The notes under the pieces are model-generated. The model did not search any database, was not told the origin of the DNA, and saw only the letters and a list, made by a program, of their open reading frames with translations. From positions 150,784,001 to 150,848,000 of the forward strand of contig NC_042999.1 of assembly GCF_006345805.1 (NCBI RefSeq): 64,000 nt of DNA, written 5' to 3'. Positions 12,984 to 24,556 of this stretch are shown here, one piece after another. Source of the DNA: Octopus sinensis (Eukaryota). The stretch's first letter is position 1, and each line of letters starts with the position of its first letter. A program made the position numbers and the translations under genes.

Positions 12984-14819
12984 ACCCTCCTCATTTAATT
13001 GTCACCTGACAATTCAAAAGTACTTTTTAAATGGGCTCGTTCTGTGAATTTTCTTTCCTTTCATCCTTTTGGGGGTCAATAAATTAAGTACCAGTGAAAC
13101 ACTGGGGTCAATGGAATTAACTACTCCCCTCTCACCAAAATTTCAGGCCTTGAGTCTATTGTAGAAAGGATTATTATTATTATTATTATCATTATTTTGA
13201 TGATGATGGTGGTGGTGGCAGTGGTACAGCCCTCTTGATGTTAAAAGTTCTATAGATAAATCTGTGGGATGTCTTTGGGGAGTAATTTACTCAAAAACAT
13301 CATTTGCATGAAAAATAATAATTAACTGTTAACTTATTAAATGCAGTCAACATTAACAATCTAATTAGTAATAATAATGTATTGAATAAAGACAACATTA
13401 GTCAATGGCTAGTATTGTTTTAATCATATTGTCTAGTACAGGAGACTGTAAAGCCTCAATTTCATGGTACATTTGTCCTTCCTGCTTCTGAGTTCAAATT
13501 CCAGCAAGATTAACTTAGTCTTTCATTAATCTAAAGTTTATAAAATAAGTACCAGTAATATACAACTTGTTACCAGTTGAGATATGCTTGAGGCTTATCT
13601 GAACCCCTAAAGACCTGGGTTTGAATATGCCTTAACCATATTTGAACTGGTAACAAGTTTGTATTTATACATATCACTACTTAGTGTTTCTATTCCATAT
13701 CAGTAATACACAAAGATCAATCGGGTGGCGAGTTGGCAGAGTTGTTACTGCTTTGGACAAAATGCTTAGTGGAATTTTGTCTGCCTTTACATTCTGAGTT
13801 CAAATTGCTCTAAGGTTGATTTTGTCTTTCATCCTTCTGGGGTTGATAAGACAAGGACCAATTGATCACTGGAGATGATGTAATTGACTTACCCCTCCCC
13901 TGAAATTACTTGCCTTGTGCCAGCTAAAATATTTAATGAGGAAATCAGAAATTCATCACAACCACTTAAATAGATTATAGATAAGTTAGTGTCAACGTAT
14001 ATATTTAATAATGAACATTAAAAAGCATTAATTAGAGAATAATTAGGCAACGGGGAAATGACAAATATTGGTTAATCACTCGTGTCATTTTAATTATTCC
14101 TGCAAATAAAAGAGTGAAGTGAAGTACATGTCCTAGTGGTTAGGGTGTTGTAATCATGATCTCATGGTCATGATTTTGATTCCTGGACAAGTTGCTATGT
14201 TGCTATCTTCAGCAAAACACTTCATTTCACATTACTCATGTTACACCAATCCACTTATCCTTTTAAGGTAGGGTGCTCCAGCCTGGCTGCAGTGTTTTAA
14301 TAGAAACAAATAAAATATAAAAGATCTATGTGCACCCAAATGTTTCTATTTGCTCTTAAGTCCATTACGGATTAAAAAAAGAAAAAAAAAACCCATTTGT
14401 GAAGCAGTTGTTTTAGAGAATTGGCTGCCATTTCGCATGTTGGTTTCTCTCTTAAAATGTCTTTAAGCGATTTAACTGCATTAGCTAACACTAGTAATGT
14501 TTATGGTGTTGGATGGAATTATCTGGTTGCTAATTAGCAGAACAATTCAGTTTATTGTACCAGTTAACTTTATATAATTAATAATTGTCTTTCATCAACA
14601 ACATGGTCTGACGAAAATGCTCATTTATCAAGCTGCTGTTTAAGTCAAATTATAATACACACATATGCACTCATATGCACACACAGACACATGCATGCAT
14701 GTGCATACACACATGCATGCAGACATAGATGCACACATTCAGTTCATCATCATCACAACCATCATCATTTCAACTCCACATTCTTCCGTTAACAACCCAT
14801 GCAAGTAGTCTAAAACACA

Positions 14820-15285
14820 TACACATATATATGTACATATGTGTGTATATATATATATATATATGTACAAATATATATATATATCGATGTATGTTTGGAT
14901 ATATATATATATATATATAATATGTATATATACTGATGTATGTTTGTATATGTATGCGTGTATATATGTGTGTGTATATATATATATGTATATATATATG
15001 TATGTATTTGTATATGTGTGTATGTGTATATATATATGTGTATGTATATTTATATATGTGTGTATGTATATATATGTATGTATGTATATATATATATATG
15101 TGTGTGTATGTGTATATATATATGTGTATGTATATTTATATATGTGTGTATGTATATATATGTATGTGTATATATATATGTGTGTGTATATATATATGTG
15201 TATGTATATATGTGTGTGTGTATATATATATGTGTATGTATATATGTGTGTGTGTATATATATGCATGTGTGTGTGTGTGTGTGA
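14820..15285. repeat. Long degenerate TA/TG compound microsatellite
   Basis: Directly visible; produces the Y/I/H/T/C/V-rich spurious ORFs. A similar tract lies at 47690-48060. Confidence 0.95.
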
Positions 15286-15477
15286 TGTGGCCTTTGCATT
15301 AGCTGCATGATAGATGATGTAGAATGCAACTAGCTTCAAAAGTCATGTATTTGTTGTCCTTCTTTACTTTCACTAATTACTTAATTATGTATGCAGGGGG
15401 AATTCAGTGTTTTACTGGCTTCAGCTTGTTGTTGGGTGTCATTTGTTTTTTTTTTTCATTTTATTTTATTTCTCTTG

Positions 15478-15647
15478 GGCATGGCTGTGTGGTTAAAAAA
15501 GCTTATTTTGAAACCATGTGGTTTCTGGTTCAGTCCCAGTCTGCAGCGTTTTGGGCAAATGTGTTCTACTATAGCCCAAGACTGACCGATGCCATGGATG
15601 AATTCGGCAGATAGAAACTGTCTGGAAACCCATCATCTCTCTCTACA

Positions 15648-15699
<52 letters not shown>

Positions 15700-15915
15700 C
15701 TACATGAGTGTGTGTGTTTATGTCTATGTGTGTGTCTTGATATTTCTGTTTCTTGTCTCGTGACCATCACCACCATTCAACGACTGGTATTAGTTTGTTT
15801 ATGGCCCTGTAACTTTGCAGTTTTAATAAGCACCAGTTTTAATAAGCAAGTACTGGAGTTGATTTGTTTGACTAAGTCCTTCAGGGTGGTGCCCCAGCAT
15901 GGTCACAGTTCAAAA
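15478..15915 (+). mobile_element. tRNA-derived SINE, family A
   Basis: Head GGCATGGCTGTGTGGTTAAAAAGC...GGTTCAGTCCC, internal (TA)n, consensus 3' part. Confidence 0.7.
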
Positions 15916-15989
15916 GAAAAGTTAAGCTAATCATAAGTGAAAGGGACAGGAGCGGGGGACATGTATGATCTTCTCTACAGCTCTGTATA

Positions 15990-16350
15990 TTATTATTATT
16001 ATTGAGTGAGAGAGCAGTGCATGCCATCAAAGTGACACTGGGGTAAAATATACAAGGCCCAGTATACCCATCATGACTACTTGTCTGATAAGGGTAAACC
16101 AGGTACATGCATTACAACCATATGTGTGCGACATGGTCATCTTCTGGTCGAGTAGCCCATCCCGCTCAAAAGGTCCCTGAATAAGGATTGTTTAAGGATG
16201 TTAAATGAACCACCCATATTTCCAAAGGTGGATTATCCAAACCTCCATGATAACACTTCCAATCATTTAAGATCAGAAGCCACGAGAGCCATCGCTTGGT
16301 ACTGCATCAGGGCATTTGTTATTATTATTATTGTTATTATTATTATTATA
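15990..16350 (+). mobile_element. Unclassified retroposon 3' end with (TTA)n tail
   Basis: CAGAAGCCA(C/T)GAGAGCCA..GGTACTGCATCAGGGCA followed by (TTA)n; shared with 55355-55690. Confidence 0.5.
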
Positions 16351-17640
16351 AGATGGTCAAAGAGGGAAGACAGTTCCCTTGAGCTTTGCAGGCCCAGTCA
16401 GACTGGTGACATCGATGTTATTGATGTTCAACTTGAAAGATCTGTAGGTCAGTGATTGTAGGGAATTTGAGAGAGTTGCAGATTTGGGATAAGAAGGGCC
16501 ACAAGAAATACATTTTTTGAAGGGAATAAAAGGAGGAAATCAAGCATTTATGAGGGCCAGTGGTTGTGGTATATTTGGGGAGTACTCAACCATTTTTTTG
16601 TTATCTATGGATCCATTTGATTTCTAATCCATTTGATTTTTAATCCTCCAAGCTATTTTTATATTTTTATGTATGATGCTAATTTACAATTGTTGTGCAA
16701 TGTCAAGAGAATGAGACACACACATATGCACATGAATCCACTCTCACGGAGACATACATACACCCATACATACAAACATTCATACACACACACACACACA
16801 CACACACATATAAACATTCATCCACATACATACACATACATACAAACATTCACACATATACACATACATGCACACACACATACAACAGGCTTCTTTCACT
16901 TTCATATCCAAAAACCACTCACAAGGCTTTGCTTGGCCCAGGACTGCAGAAGACACTTGCCAAAGGTGTCATGCAATGGAACTGACTTAGGACTACATGG
17001 TTAGACAGCAAACTTCTTAACCACAAGCCAGGCCTCTGTCCATTTCTGTATTAATATTTAAGAAAGAAAATTCTATTTTCATTCATTTGTACACAACAAA
17101 GAGTTGCTTCACACATTCTTGTTTTGGAAGACGAGAGTTAAACAAAATATAAAGGCCACTGACTTAGAAATCAATAGTAAACACATTAAAATCTATTTAA
17201 AACAAAGAAAGCTGTAGAGGGTGTTTAAAGACAAATGGTTTGTGTGTAGAAGCTCCCAATCTCATTAGATGTAAGATCTTCCTCTGTGCAATTCTCTAAC
17301 TCTCCCTTGGATAAAGGAAGGCTGTATTCTAAACCAAAATACCAGTACTTCTGATATAATGAGCAATGAAGGACTTGTAAAGGTTAAACAATTCTTATAT
17401 ATACAAGCTGTACGACTGTCCAAACAAACCTTTTGTTTTTGTTTCTCGTCAATACATAGAGTATGGGGGGAATGTGCAGATGTTTTGGCAAACATTGAGA
17501 GGCCAGCCTTTAGAATAAACAGCTTTGGAACAATGGTGCTTTTAATAGCAAAGTGTGAGGTTGGCAGTATTGAAATTCATTGTTGGTAAATGAAGAGGAA
17601 CAAGTATATATTCTTTTATTTTATTATCAGTATCATTATT

Positions 17641-17982
17641 GTGAAGGCGCATGGCTCAGTGGTTAGAGCGTCGAGCTTACGATTGTGAGGTTGTCAGCTC
17701 GAATCCCGTACCGGGCTGTGTGTTGTGTTCTTGAGCAAGACACTTTACTTCACGTTGCTCCAGTTAAGTCAGCTGTAGAAATGAGTTGCGACGTCACGGG
17801 TGCCAAGCTGTATTGGCCCCCTTGCCTTTCCCTTGGATAACACTGGTGGCGTGGAGAGGGGAGACCGGTATGCATGGGCGACTGCTGGTCTTCCATAAAC
17901 CACCTTGCCCAGACTTGTAACTAGGAGGGTAACTTTCTAGGTGCAATCCCATGATCAGTGTCATGACCGGAGGGGGTCCCGA
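17641..17982 (+). mobile_element. Full-length tRNA-derived SINE, family B, with 9-bp TSD
   Basis: A-box TGGCTCAGTGG (17652-17662), B-box-like GCTCGAATCCC (17697-17707), central GTTCTTGAGCAAGACACTTTA; ATCATTATT at 17632-17640 and 17983-17991. Confidence 0.85.
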
Positions 17983-18197
17983 ATCATTATTTTATAATAA
18001 TAATACCAATAATGATAATGATAGTAATGTTGGTTTCAAATTTTGGCACAAGGCCAGGATTTTGGTGTTTGGAACTAAATCAGTAACATGAACCCCAGTA
18101 TTCACCTCCTACTTATTTTATGAATCCCAACTGGATGCAAGGCAAAGACAACTTAGGCAAACCTGGTGTGCTAATGATTCCGTCAGCTTGCCACCAA

Positions 18198-18419
18198 CCC
18201 TTTTGCTACTGTATTTGTTTTGAGATGCTCTGTTTTTTTCTCAATTATTTTAAGTATAACAAAGAATTTAGTAAAATAACTTAGTTATCATTAAGCTAGT
18301 GTTAGGAGCATTAATTCTGACTAAGGTTTCGTGGAAGATTTTAATTCAAAACTTATGAAAAACTTGACATTTGTACTACAGAGTCAGAAGTGGTTTCAGC
18401 TGGGTCGGTATCAAAAGGG
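18198..18419. mobile_element. piggyBac-like MITE, family P2
   Basis: CCCTTTTGCTAC ... GGTATCAAAAGGG followed by TTAA. Confidence 0.8.
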
Positions 18420-18438
18420 TTAAATTAATCATTTGTTA

Positions 18439-18481
18439 CCCTTTTTGTTACCATATTTCTGCCAGGGCGGTATCAAAAGGG
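18439..18481. mobile_element. 43-bp internally deleted family P2 MITE (both TIRs)
   Basis: CCCTTTTTGTTACC...GGTATCAAAAGGG|TTAA. Confidence 0.7.
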
Positions 18482-18512
18482 TTAAGAATTGCTTCTCTAT
18501 TATATATTTTAA

Positions 18513-18731
18513 CCCTTTTGTTACCATATTTCTGTTGAGATGCTCTGTATTTCTTTCAATTATTTAAATATAACAAAGAATTTAGTAAAATAACTTAGTT
18601 ATCATTAAGCTAGTGTAAGGAACATTAATTGTGATTAAGGTTTTTGGAAGATTTTAATTCAAAACTTATGGAAACATGACATTTGTAATACAGAGCCAGA
18701 GGTGGTTTCAGTTGGGTTGGTAACGAAAGGG
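18513..18731. mobile_element. piggyBac-like MITE, family P2
   Basis: TTAA|CCCTTTTGTTACC ... GGTAACGAAAGGG|TTAA. Confidence 0.85.
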
Positions 18732-19047
18732 TTAATAATAATAATAATAATTATTATTTCTGATAAGACTTATATTTGTTTTATCGACTTCGAAAGGATA
18801 AGAAGTGAAGTCAACATAAGCAGAGTTTGAACTCAGAACATAAAGGTGGATAGATTGCCAGTTAGCATTTTGTGTGCCAACTATTTTGCCAGCTACCACC
18901 TTTATAATAATAATAATAATAATAATTATAATAATAATAATAATAATGATAACAATGTTCATAGTAATATTTTATACCAAACTGTTAAATTACAGGATGT
19001 AAACAAACACCAGTTGTCAAGCAGTGGTGGGAAGACACACATATAGA

Positions 19048-19111
<64 letters not shown>

Positions 19112-20281
19112 ACGATGGGCTTCTTTCAGTTTCCATCTACCAAATCCACTCAAGGATTTGGTCAGCACAGGGCTATCGTAGAAGAGTAGAAAACACTTGT
19201 CCAAAGTTCCATAGAGTGGGACTGAACCCAGAATCTTGTAGTTGAGAATCAGATTTCTTACTACACAGACATGCCCTAACTTTTGATAATAACAACCTCT
19301 ATTTTTACAAAATTTTTCTAATTTTTTTCTTTATGATTCATACCTTTAATATTTAATATCTAATGGTCAGAATGGCTGAACTATAACCTTTAGACTAAGA
19401 CAAACAGGTTAGCATGCTAAAAAGCAGCCTGATGGTTCACATTGGATAATGTATTTTATGTGCTTTCAATCAATATAGAAAATATATAATCAATCTAATA
19501 ATAAAGAGAGAACCTAGAGTCAAAGGTTTTGTTAACTGACTTCACAGCTTTGCTCAGGAGACTGTATTTGTGGTTGGAATTGTTCTAGTGATAAATATAT
19601 TATTATGTTTCATTTTTGAATACTCTGCTCTAATAATGGTTTCAAATTTTGGCACAAGGCCAGCAGTTTTTTAGGGGTGGGGTTAAGTTGATTATATTGA
19701 CCCCTGTGCTCAACTGGGTACTTTATCGACCTTGAAAGGATGAAAGGCAAAGGTGACTTCAGCAGTATTTGAACTCAGGATGTAAAGAACTGGAAGAAAT
19801 GCCACTAAGCATTTTGCCCTATGCCCCAACAATTCTGCCAGTTTGTTGCCTTATTGTATTCTAATAATCCTTTCTACTAAAGGCACAAGGCCTGAAATTT
19901 TGTGGGAGGGGACTATTTGATTACATCAACTGCAGCATTTCACTGGTACTTAATTTATCTACTCTGAAAGGATGAAAGGCAAAGTCGGCCTTGGTGAAAT
20001 TTTAACTCAGAACATAAAGACGGATAAACTGCTGCTATGCATTTTGCCTGGGACACTAACGAGGCAATGTTATTTAATCCTTCAGCGTTTAAACTAGTCA
20101 TATCCAGCCCAAACATTCTTCTTTTTTTCTGTTCAAACAAGCCAGATCTAACCTCTCACACCTACCCAACAATGTTATTCTAAGAATAAACAATCACATC
20201 GGCAAAATTCCTAAGCTAAAAGATAATTCGTAATTAATTCAAAACAATGTGAATCAATAGTTATTACTTTTGACAGAGTAA

Positions 20282-20522
20282 TTTGAATACTCTTTTACTC
20301 TTTACTCTTTTACTTGTTTCAGTCATGTGACTGTGGCCATGCTGGAGCACCACCTTTACTCGAGCAAATTGACCCCAGGACTTATTCTTTGTAAGCCTGG
20401 TTCTTATCCTATCAGTCATTTTGCCAAATCGCTAAGTTACGGGGACGTAAACACAGCAGCATCTGTTGTCAAGCGCTGTTGGGGAGGACAACCACAGACA
20501 CACAAACATATACACACACACA

Positions 20523-20582
<60 letters not shown>

Positions 20583-20755
20583 TATATACGACGGGCTTCT
20601 TTCAGTTTCCGTCTACCAAATCCACTCACAAAGCTTTGGTCGGCCCGAGACTATAGTAGAAGACACTTGCCCAAGGTGCCATGCAGTGGGACTGAACCCA
20701 GAACCATGTGGTTCGTAAGCAAGCTACTTACCACGCACCCACTCCTGCGCCTATG
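20282..20755 (-). mobile_element. Full-length tRNA-derived SINE, family A
   Basis: tRNA-like head at the right end, internal (TA)n/(CA)n, 3' tail of AAAGAGTA-type repeats; best-preserved copy in the window. Confidence 0.85.
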
Positions 20756-21540
20756 CTAAGTTAAATTTGTAAAAAGTTCTGTTTAGAAATACATATTTAT
20801 GCCAGTTATGGATTAGAACCTATGACCAATAAGCAAGTAGTCCAATACCTTATCCACTTGATCATTGCAACAGAATTGTGTCTTCTGTTAAGTGGTATCA
20901 GCTGCTATAGACATTCTTCTAATGATTGTAAACAGTATAATATTGACTGTTTGTTTTGCTGTGCTTCACATGCATGTGAGATGGGTTTGGCTGGCTGTCT
21001 ACCTAGAGCATCTGAATATAGAAAGTTTTTGCTAATGATTGTAAATAGCTAAAGCAAGCATAATTGGAAGAAGGTCTTATAACTGGATTCCTTCCTAATG
21101 ACAGCCACAGCTGTTGAAGGGGACATTGTTGTTTAAGTCAACAATAGAAAAATGCGAAACTTCGGTGAACTGTACAATTCCTTTGTTTGATGATTCTACA
21201 GAAAAAGCAAAACAACAACAATAAACAAACAAGTCAAACTAAACAATGGTAAATTGTTTTAATAACTTCTACCTTTAAAATAACTGGAAGCTCATTGTCT
21301 TGATAAGTAGAATCAGACCAACAATAATCTTTTGTATTATTGCAGCAATACAATACAGAAAATACCTGAATATATTCTCTTGTCTTATGGTTTAGAAGAA
21401 TACATACAGCAACTGAATAAATTTGGATTACAGGATTAACTTCATACATCTAGCTTGTTCCATGCATTATTATATATTAGTTTTAATAATGATAATAATT
21501 GTCTTAACTGGTACATCACACGTACTTAGAGGAGTATTCA

Positions 21541-21840
21541 ACATCATCATCTTCATCATCATTGTTTAACAACCATTTTCCATGCTGGCATGGGTTGGAT
21601 GGTTTGACTGGGGGCTGGCGAACCAGATGGCTGCACCAGGCTCCAATCTGATCTGGCAGAGTTTCTACAGCTGGATGCCCTTCCTAACGCCAACCACTCC
21701 GAGAGTGTAGTGGGATGCTTTTATGTGTCACTGGCATGTGGCCCAGTCAGGCGGTACTGGCAATGGCCACGCTCAAATGGTGCTTTTTATGTGCCACCTG
21801 TACAGGAGCCAGTCCAACTGCACTAGCAACGACCTCGCTC
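21541..21840 (-). mobile_element. RTE LINE 3' end flanked by a 53-bp direct repeat
   Basis: (GAT)n tail at the left; 21488-21540 and 21856-21908 are 51/53 identical. Confidence 0.8.
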
Positions 21841-21908
21841 AATAATAATAATAGCAATGATAATAATTGTCTTAACTGATACATCACATGTACTTAGAGG
21901 AGTATTCA

Positions 21909-22330
21909 TCATAATCATCATCGTTTAACATCCACTTTCCATGCTGGCATAGGTTGGATGGTTTGACTGGGGACTGGCAAGCTGGGAGGCAGCACCAGGC
22001 TCCAATCTGATTTGGCAAGGCTTCTACAGCTTGATGCCCTTCCTAACATCAACCACTCTGAGTGTTGTGGGTGCTTTTTATCTGTCACTGGCACGGGAAC
22101 CACTCAAGCAGAACTGGCATCGGCCACGTTCGGATAGTGCTTTTTACATGCTACTGGCACAGGAGCCAGTTGGGGTGGGGGGTGGCTGGCATCGCCCACG
22201 TTTGGATGGTGCTTTTTATGTGCAACCAGCATGGGGAGCCATTTTTGATTTTGATTTTTGATTGAGACTCAGTATGTCTCCTCAAGCATGGTGTGTCGCC
22301 TGACGATTCAAAGGTACTTTTTAAATAGGC
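21909..22330 (-). mobile_element. RTE LINE 3' end
   Basis: Same 3' UTR consensus. Confidence 0.8.
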
Positions 22331-22332
<2 letters not shown>

Positions 22333-22362
<30 letters not shown>

Positions 22363-23070
22363 GTTTAACGTCCGCTTTCCATGCTAGCATGGGTTGGACG
22401 GTTCAACTGGGGTCTGGCAAGCCCGAAGGCTGCACCAGGCCAGTCAGATCTGGCAGTGTTTCTACAGCTGGATGCCCTTCCTAACGCTAACCACTCCGAG
22501 AGTGTAGTGGGTGATTTTATGTGCCACCGACACAGGTGCCAGACGAGGCTGGCAGACGGCCACGCTCGGATGGTGTTTTTTATGTGCCACCGACACAGGT
22601 GCCAGACGAGGCTGGCAGACGGCCACGCTCGGATGGTGTTTTTTATGTGCCACCGACACAGGTGCCAGACGAGGCTGGCAGACGGCCACGCTCGGATGGT
22701 GTTTTTTATGTGCCACTGACACAGGTGCCAGACGAGGCTGGCAGACGGCCACGCTCGGATGGTGTTTTTTATGTGCCACCGACACAGGTGCCAGACGAGG
22801 CTGGCAGATGACCATGCTCGGATGGTGTTTTCTTATGTGCCACCGACACAGGTGCCAGACGAGGCTGGCGAACGGCCACGATCGGATGGTGTTTGTTACG
22901 TGCCCACAGCACGGAGGCCAGTCGATGCAGTACTGGCTACGGTCACGTTCGGATGGTTTTCTTATGTGCCACCGGCACTGGTACCACAAGGATACAAATT
23001 CCATTGATGTTCATCTATTTTGAATTGGTTTGATTTGATTTGATTTTCACTTGCCTCAACAGGTCTTCAC
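22333..23070 (-). mobile_element. RTE LINE 3' end containing an expanded 63-bp tandem array
   Basis: (GAT)n tail; units start at 22521, 22584, 22647, 22710, 22773, 22837, then a divergent unit at 22900. Confidence 0.85.
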
Positions 23071-23520
23071 GTGAATTTTCTTTCCTTTTTTACTTTATTC
23101 TGGTTTACTTTTGATATTTTTCTTTTTTCCTCTGTCATTCTTCCCCTTTTTCTTTATCACATGTTTGTAAATGAAAAATCTGGTGTGTTTATTTGAATGG
23201 CCTACCAATGTATACAGTGTATACATTTATTTTAATGGCCTACAATGTATAAAAGAAACAACTGGAGCATGGTGCAGCTCTCTGGCTTGTCAACTATCAA
23301 ACTGTCAACCCATGCCAGCATGGAAAATGAGCATTAAATGATGATGATGATTTCAGAAAGGTTAAGGAATGAATGTCAGATACAGCAGCCACAGATTAAA
23401 TTTCATTCTGGTATCTATTTGTATTCCTTTACATTCTGAGTTAAAACTGACCAAAGCAACATACCTCCAGAACTTTACTTGACAAAACAACAACCAGTAA
23501 AATGCGGTGATTTAACATTA

Positions 23521-24162
23521 TTTACATTATTTACATTTGATGGATATTTGTCCTCATCTTGTTTGTTGTTAACACGTTTCAGCTGATATACCCTGTGGGA
23601 GGACCAAGGACTAAGTTGAGGACTTTATTTATATTATTTACATTCGACAGATATTTGTCCTTATCTTGTTTGTTGTTAACACATTTTGGCTGATACACCC
23701 TCCAGCCTTCTTCAGGTGTCTTGGGGAAATTTCGAACCTGGGTTCTCATTCCTAAGGTATTTTTCGAAGTTATTTTTATTTATTTATTGCCCACAGGGGG
23801 CTAAACATAGAGGGGACAAACGAGGGCAGTCAAAGGGATTAAGTTAATTACATTGACCCCAGTGCATAACTGGTACTTATTTAATCGACCCCAAAAGGAT
23901 GAAAGGAAAAGTTGATCTCAGCAGAATGTAATGACAGACGAAATACCGCTAAGCATTTTGCCCAGCGTGCTAATGATTCTGCCAGCTCGCTGCTTGGAAT
24001 CAAACTCAGAATCTTGGAATTAGTAGCCCGCTCTCTTAACCACTGATGAAGGCTGGAGGGTATATCAGCTGAAACATTGTGTTAACAACAAACAAGACGA
24101 GGACAAATATCCATCAAATGTAAATAATGTACATAATTCCTCATCTCTTAAATATAGAACTG
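23521..24162 (-). mobile_element. Non-autonomous PLE-like element: tandem and inverted terminal segments, tRNA-like head, hammerhead-type core; interrupted by a family C SINE (about 23779-23990)
   Basis: Two tandem left arms (23521-23594, 23628-23770), a minus-strand tRNA head remnant (23990-24042), and an inverted right arm 24043-24162 ending ATATAGAACTG, as in the copy at 25427-25737. Confidence 0.65.
24043..24086 (+). ncRNA. Hammerhead ribozyme-like core, decayed
   Basis: CUGAUGA (24043-24049), A, stem II GGCUG/CAGCU, GAAAC (24071-24075), then AUUGUGUU. The stem I 5' strand is lost at the inversion junction. Confidence 0.5.
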
Positions 24163-24556
24163 GATGGTGATTTAATTGAAATATACTGTATGCCACTCTT
24201 ACAAATATATGGCTTAGTACCATGTACCATACCAATGTTGGAAACCTTTATTATTAAATTTCCTTGTATTACATTGCCACCTACCATTTCAATTGATTTG
24301 TTAAATAAAAAACAAAATAGTATAATGTTACTGGTGGTAATTGCTTACTAATCCTGCTAAAGTAATCCAATCACTTCTGGCAAACAGCTGCCTTTCTTGG
24401 TTTAGTTCTTCATTCAGGAAAGATTCTACAAGTAGTTAGTGTGGTGGTGGTGGTGGTAGTGGTGGGGCTTTTTCTCGGAATAAATTTTTTCTTTAGAGAA
24501 TAGTTATTAAATATTTGAAATAATATTTGGTTAAACTGTCTGTATTTTTGTTTTAA

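Noticed and set aside
14729-15339. Long ORFs of 120-196 aa (also 26079-26733, 47677-48205, 57665-58494)
   Set aside because: Translations of TA/CA/GT microsatellites, open in many frames, with no protein-like complexity.
17265-17600. Protein-like unique stretch
   Set aside because: All frames are interrupted by stops and no family is recognised.
17641-17715. Functional tRNA gene
   Set aside because: The tRNA-like head continues into a SINE body with a TSD, and no complete cloverleaf is evident. The same applies to the other SINE heads.
20822-21449. Possible exons (PQLLKGTLLFKSTIEKCETS; SAM-like SYGLEEYIQQL)
   Set aside because: Splice phases of adjacent candidates are inconsistent and homology is not recognisable; too weak to call.
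22381-23023. CRISPR-like array or repeat-protein ORFs
   Set aside because: Units are contiguous with no unique spacers and no cas genes. ORFs are open only because the 63-bp unit is a multiple of 3 inside a LINE UTR.
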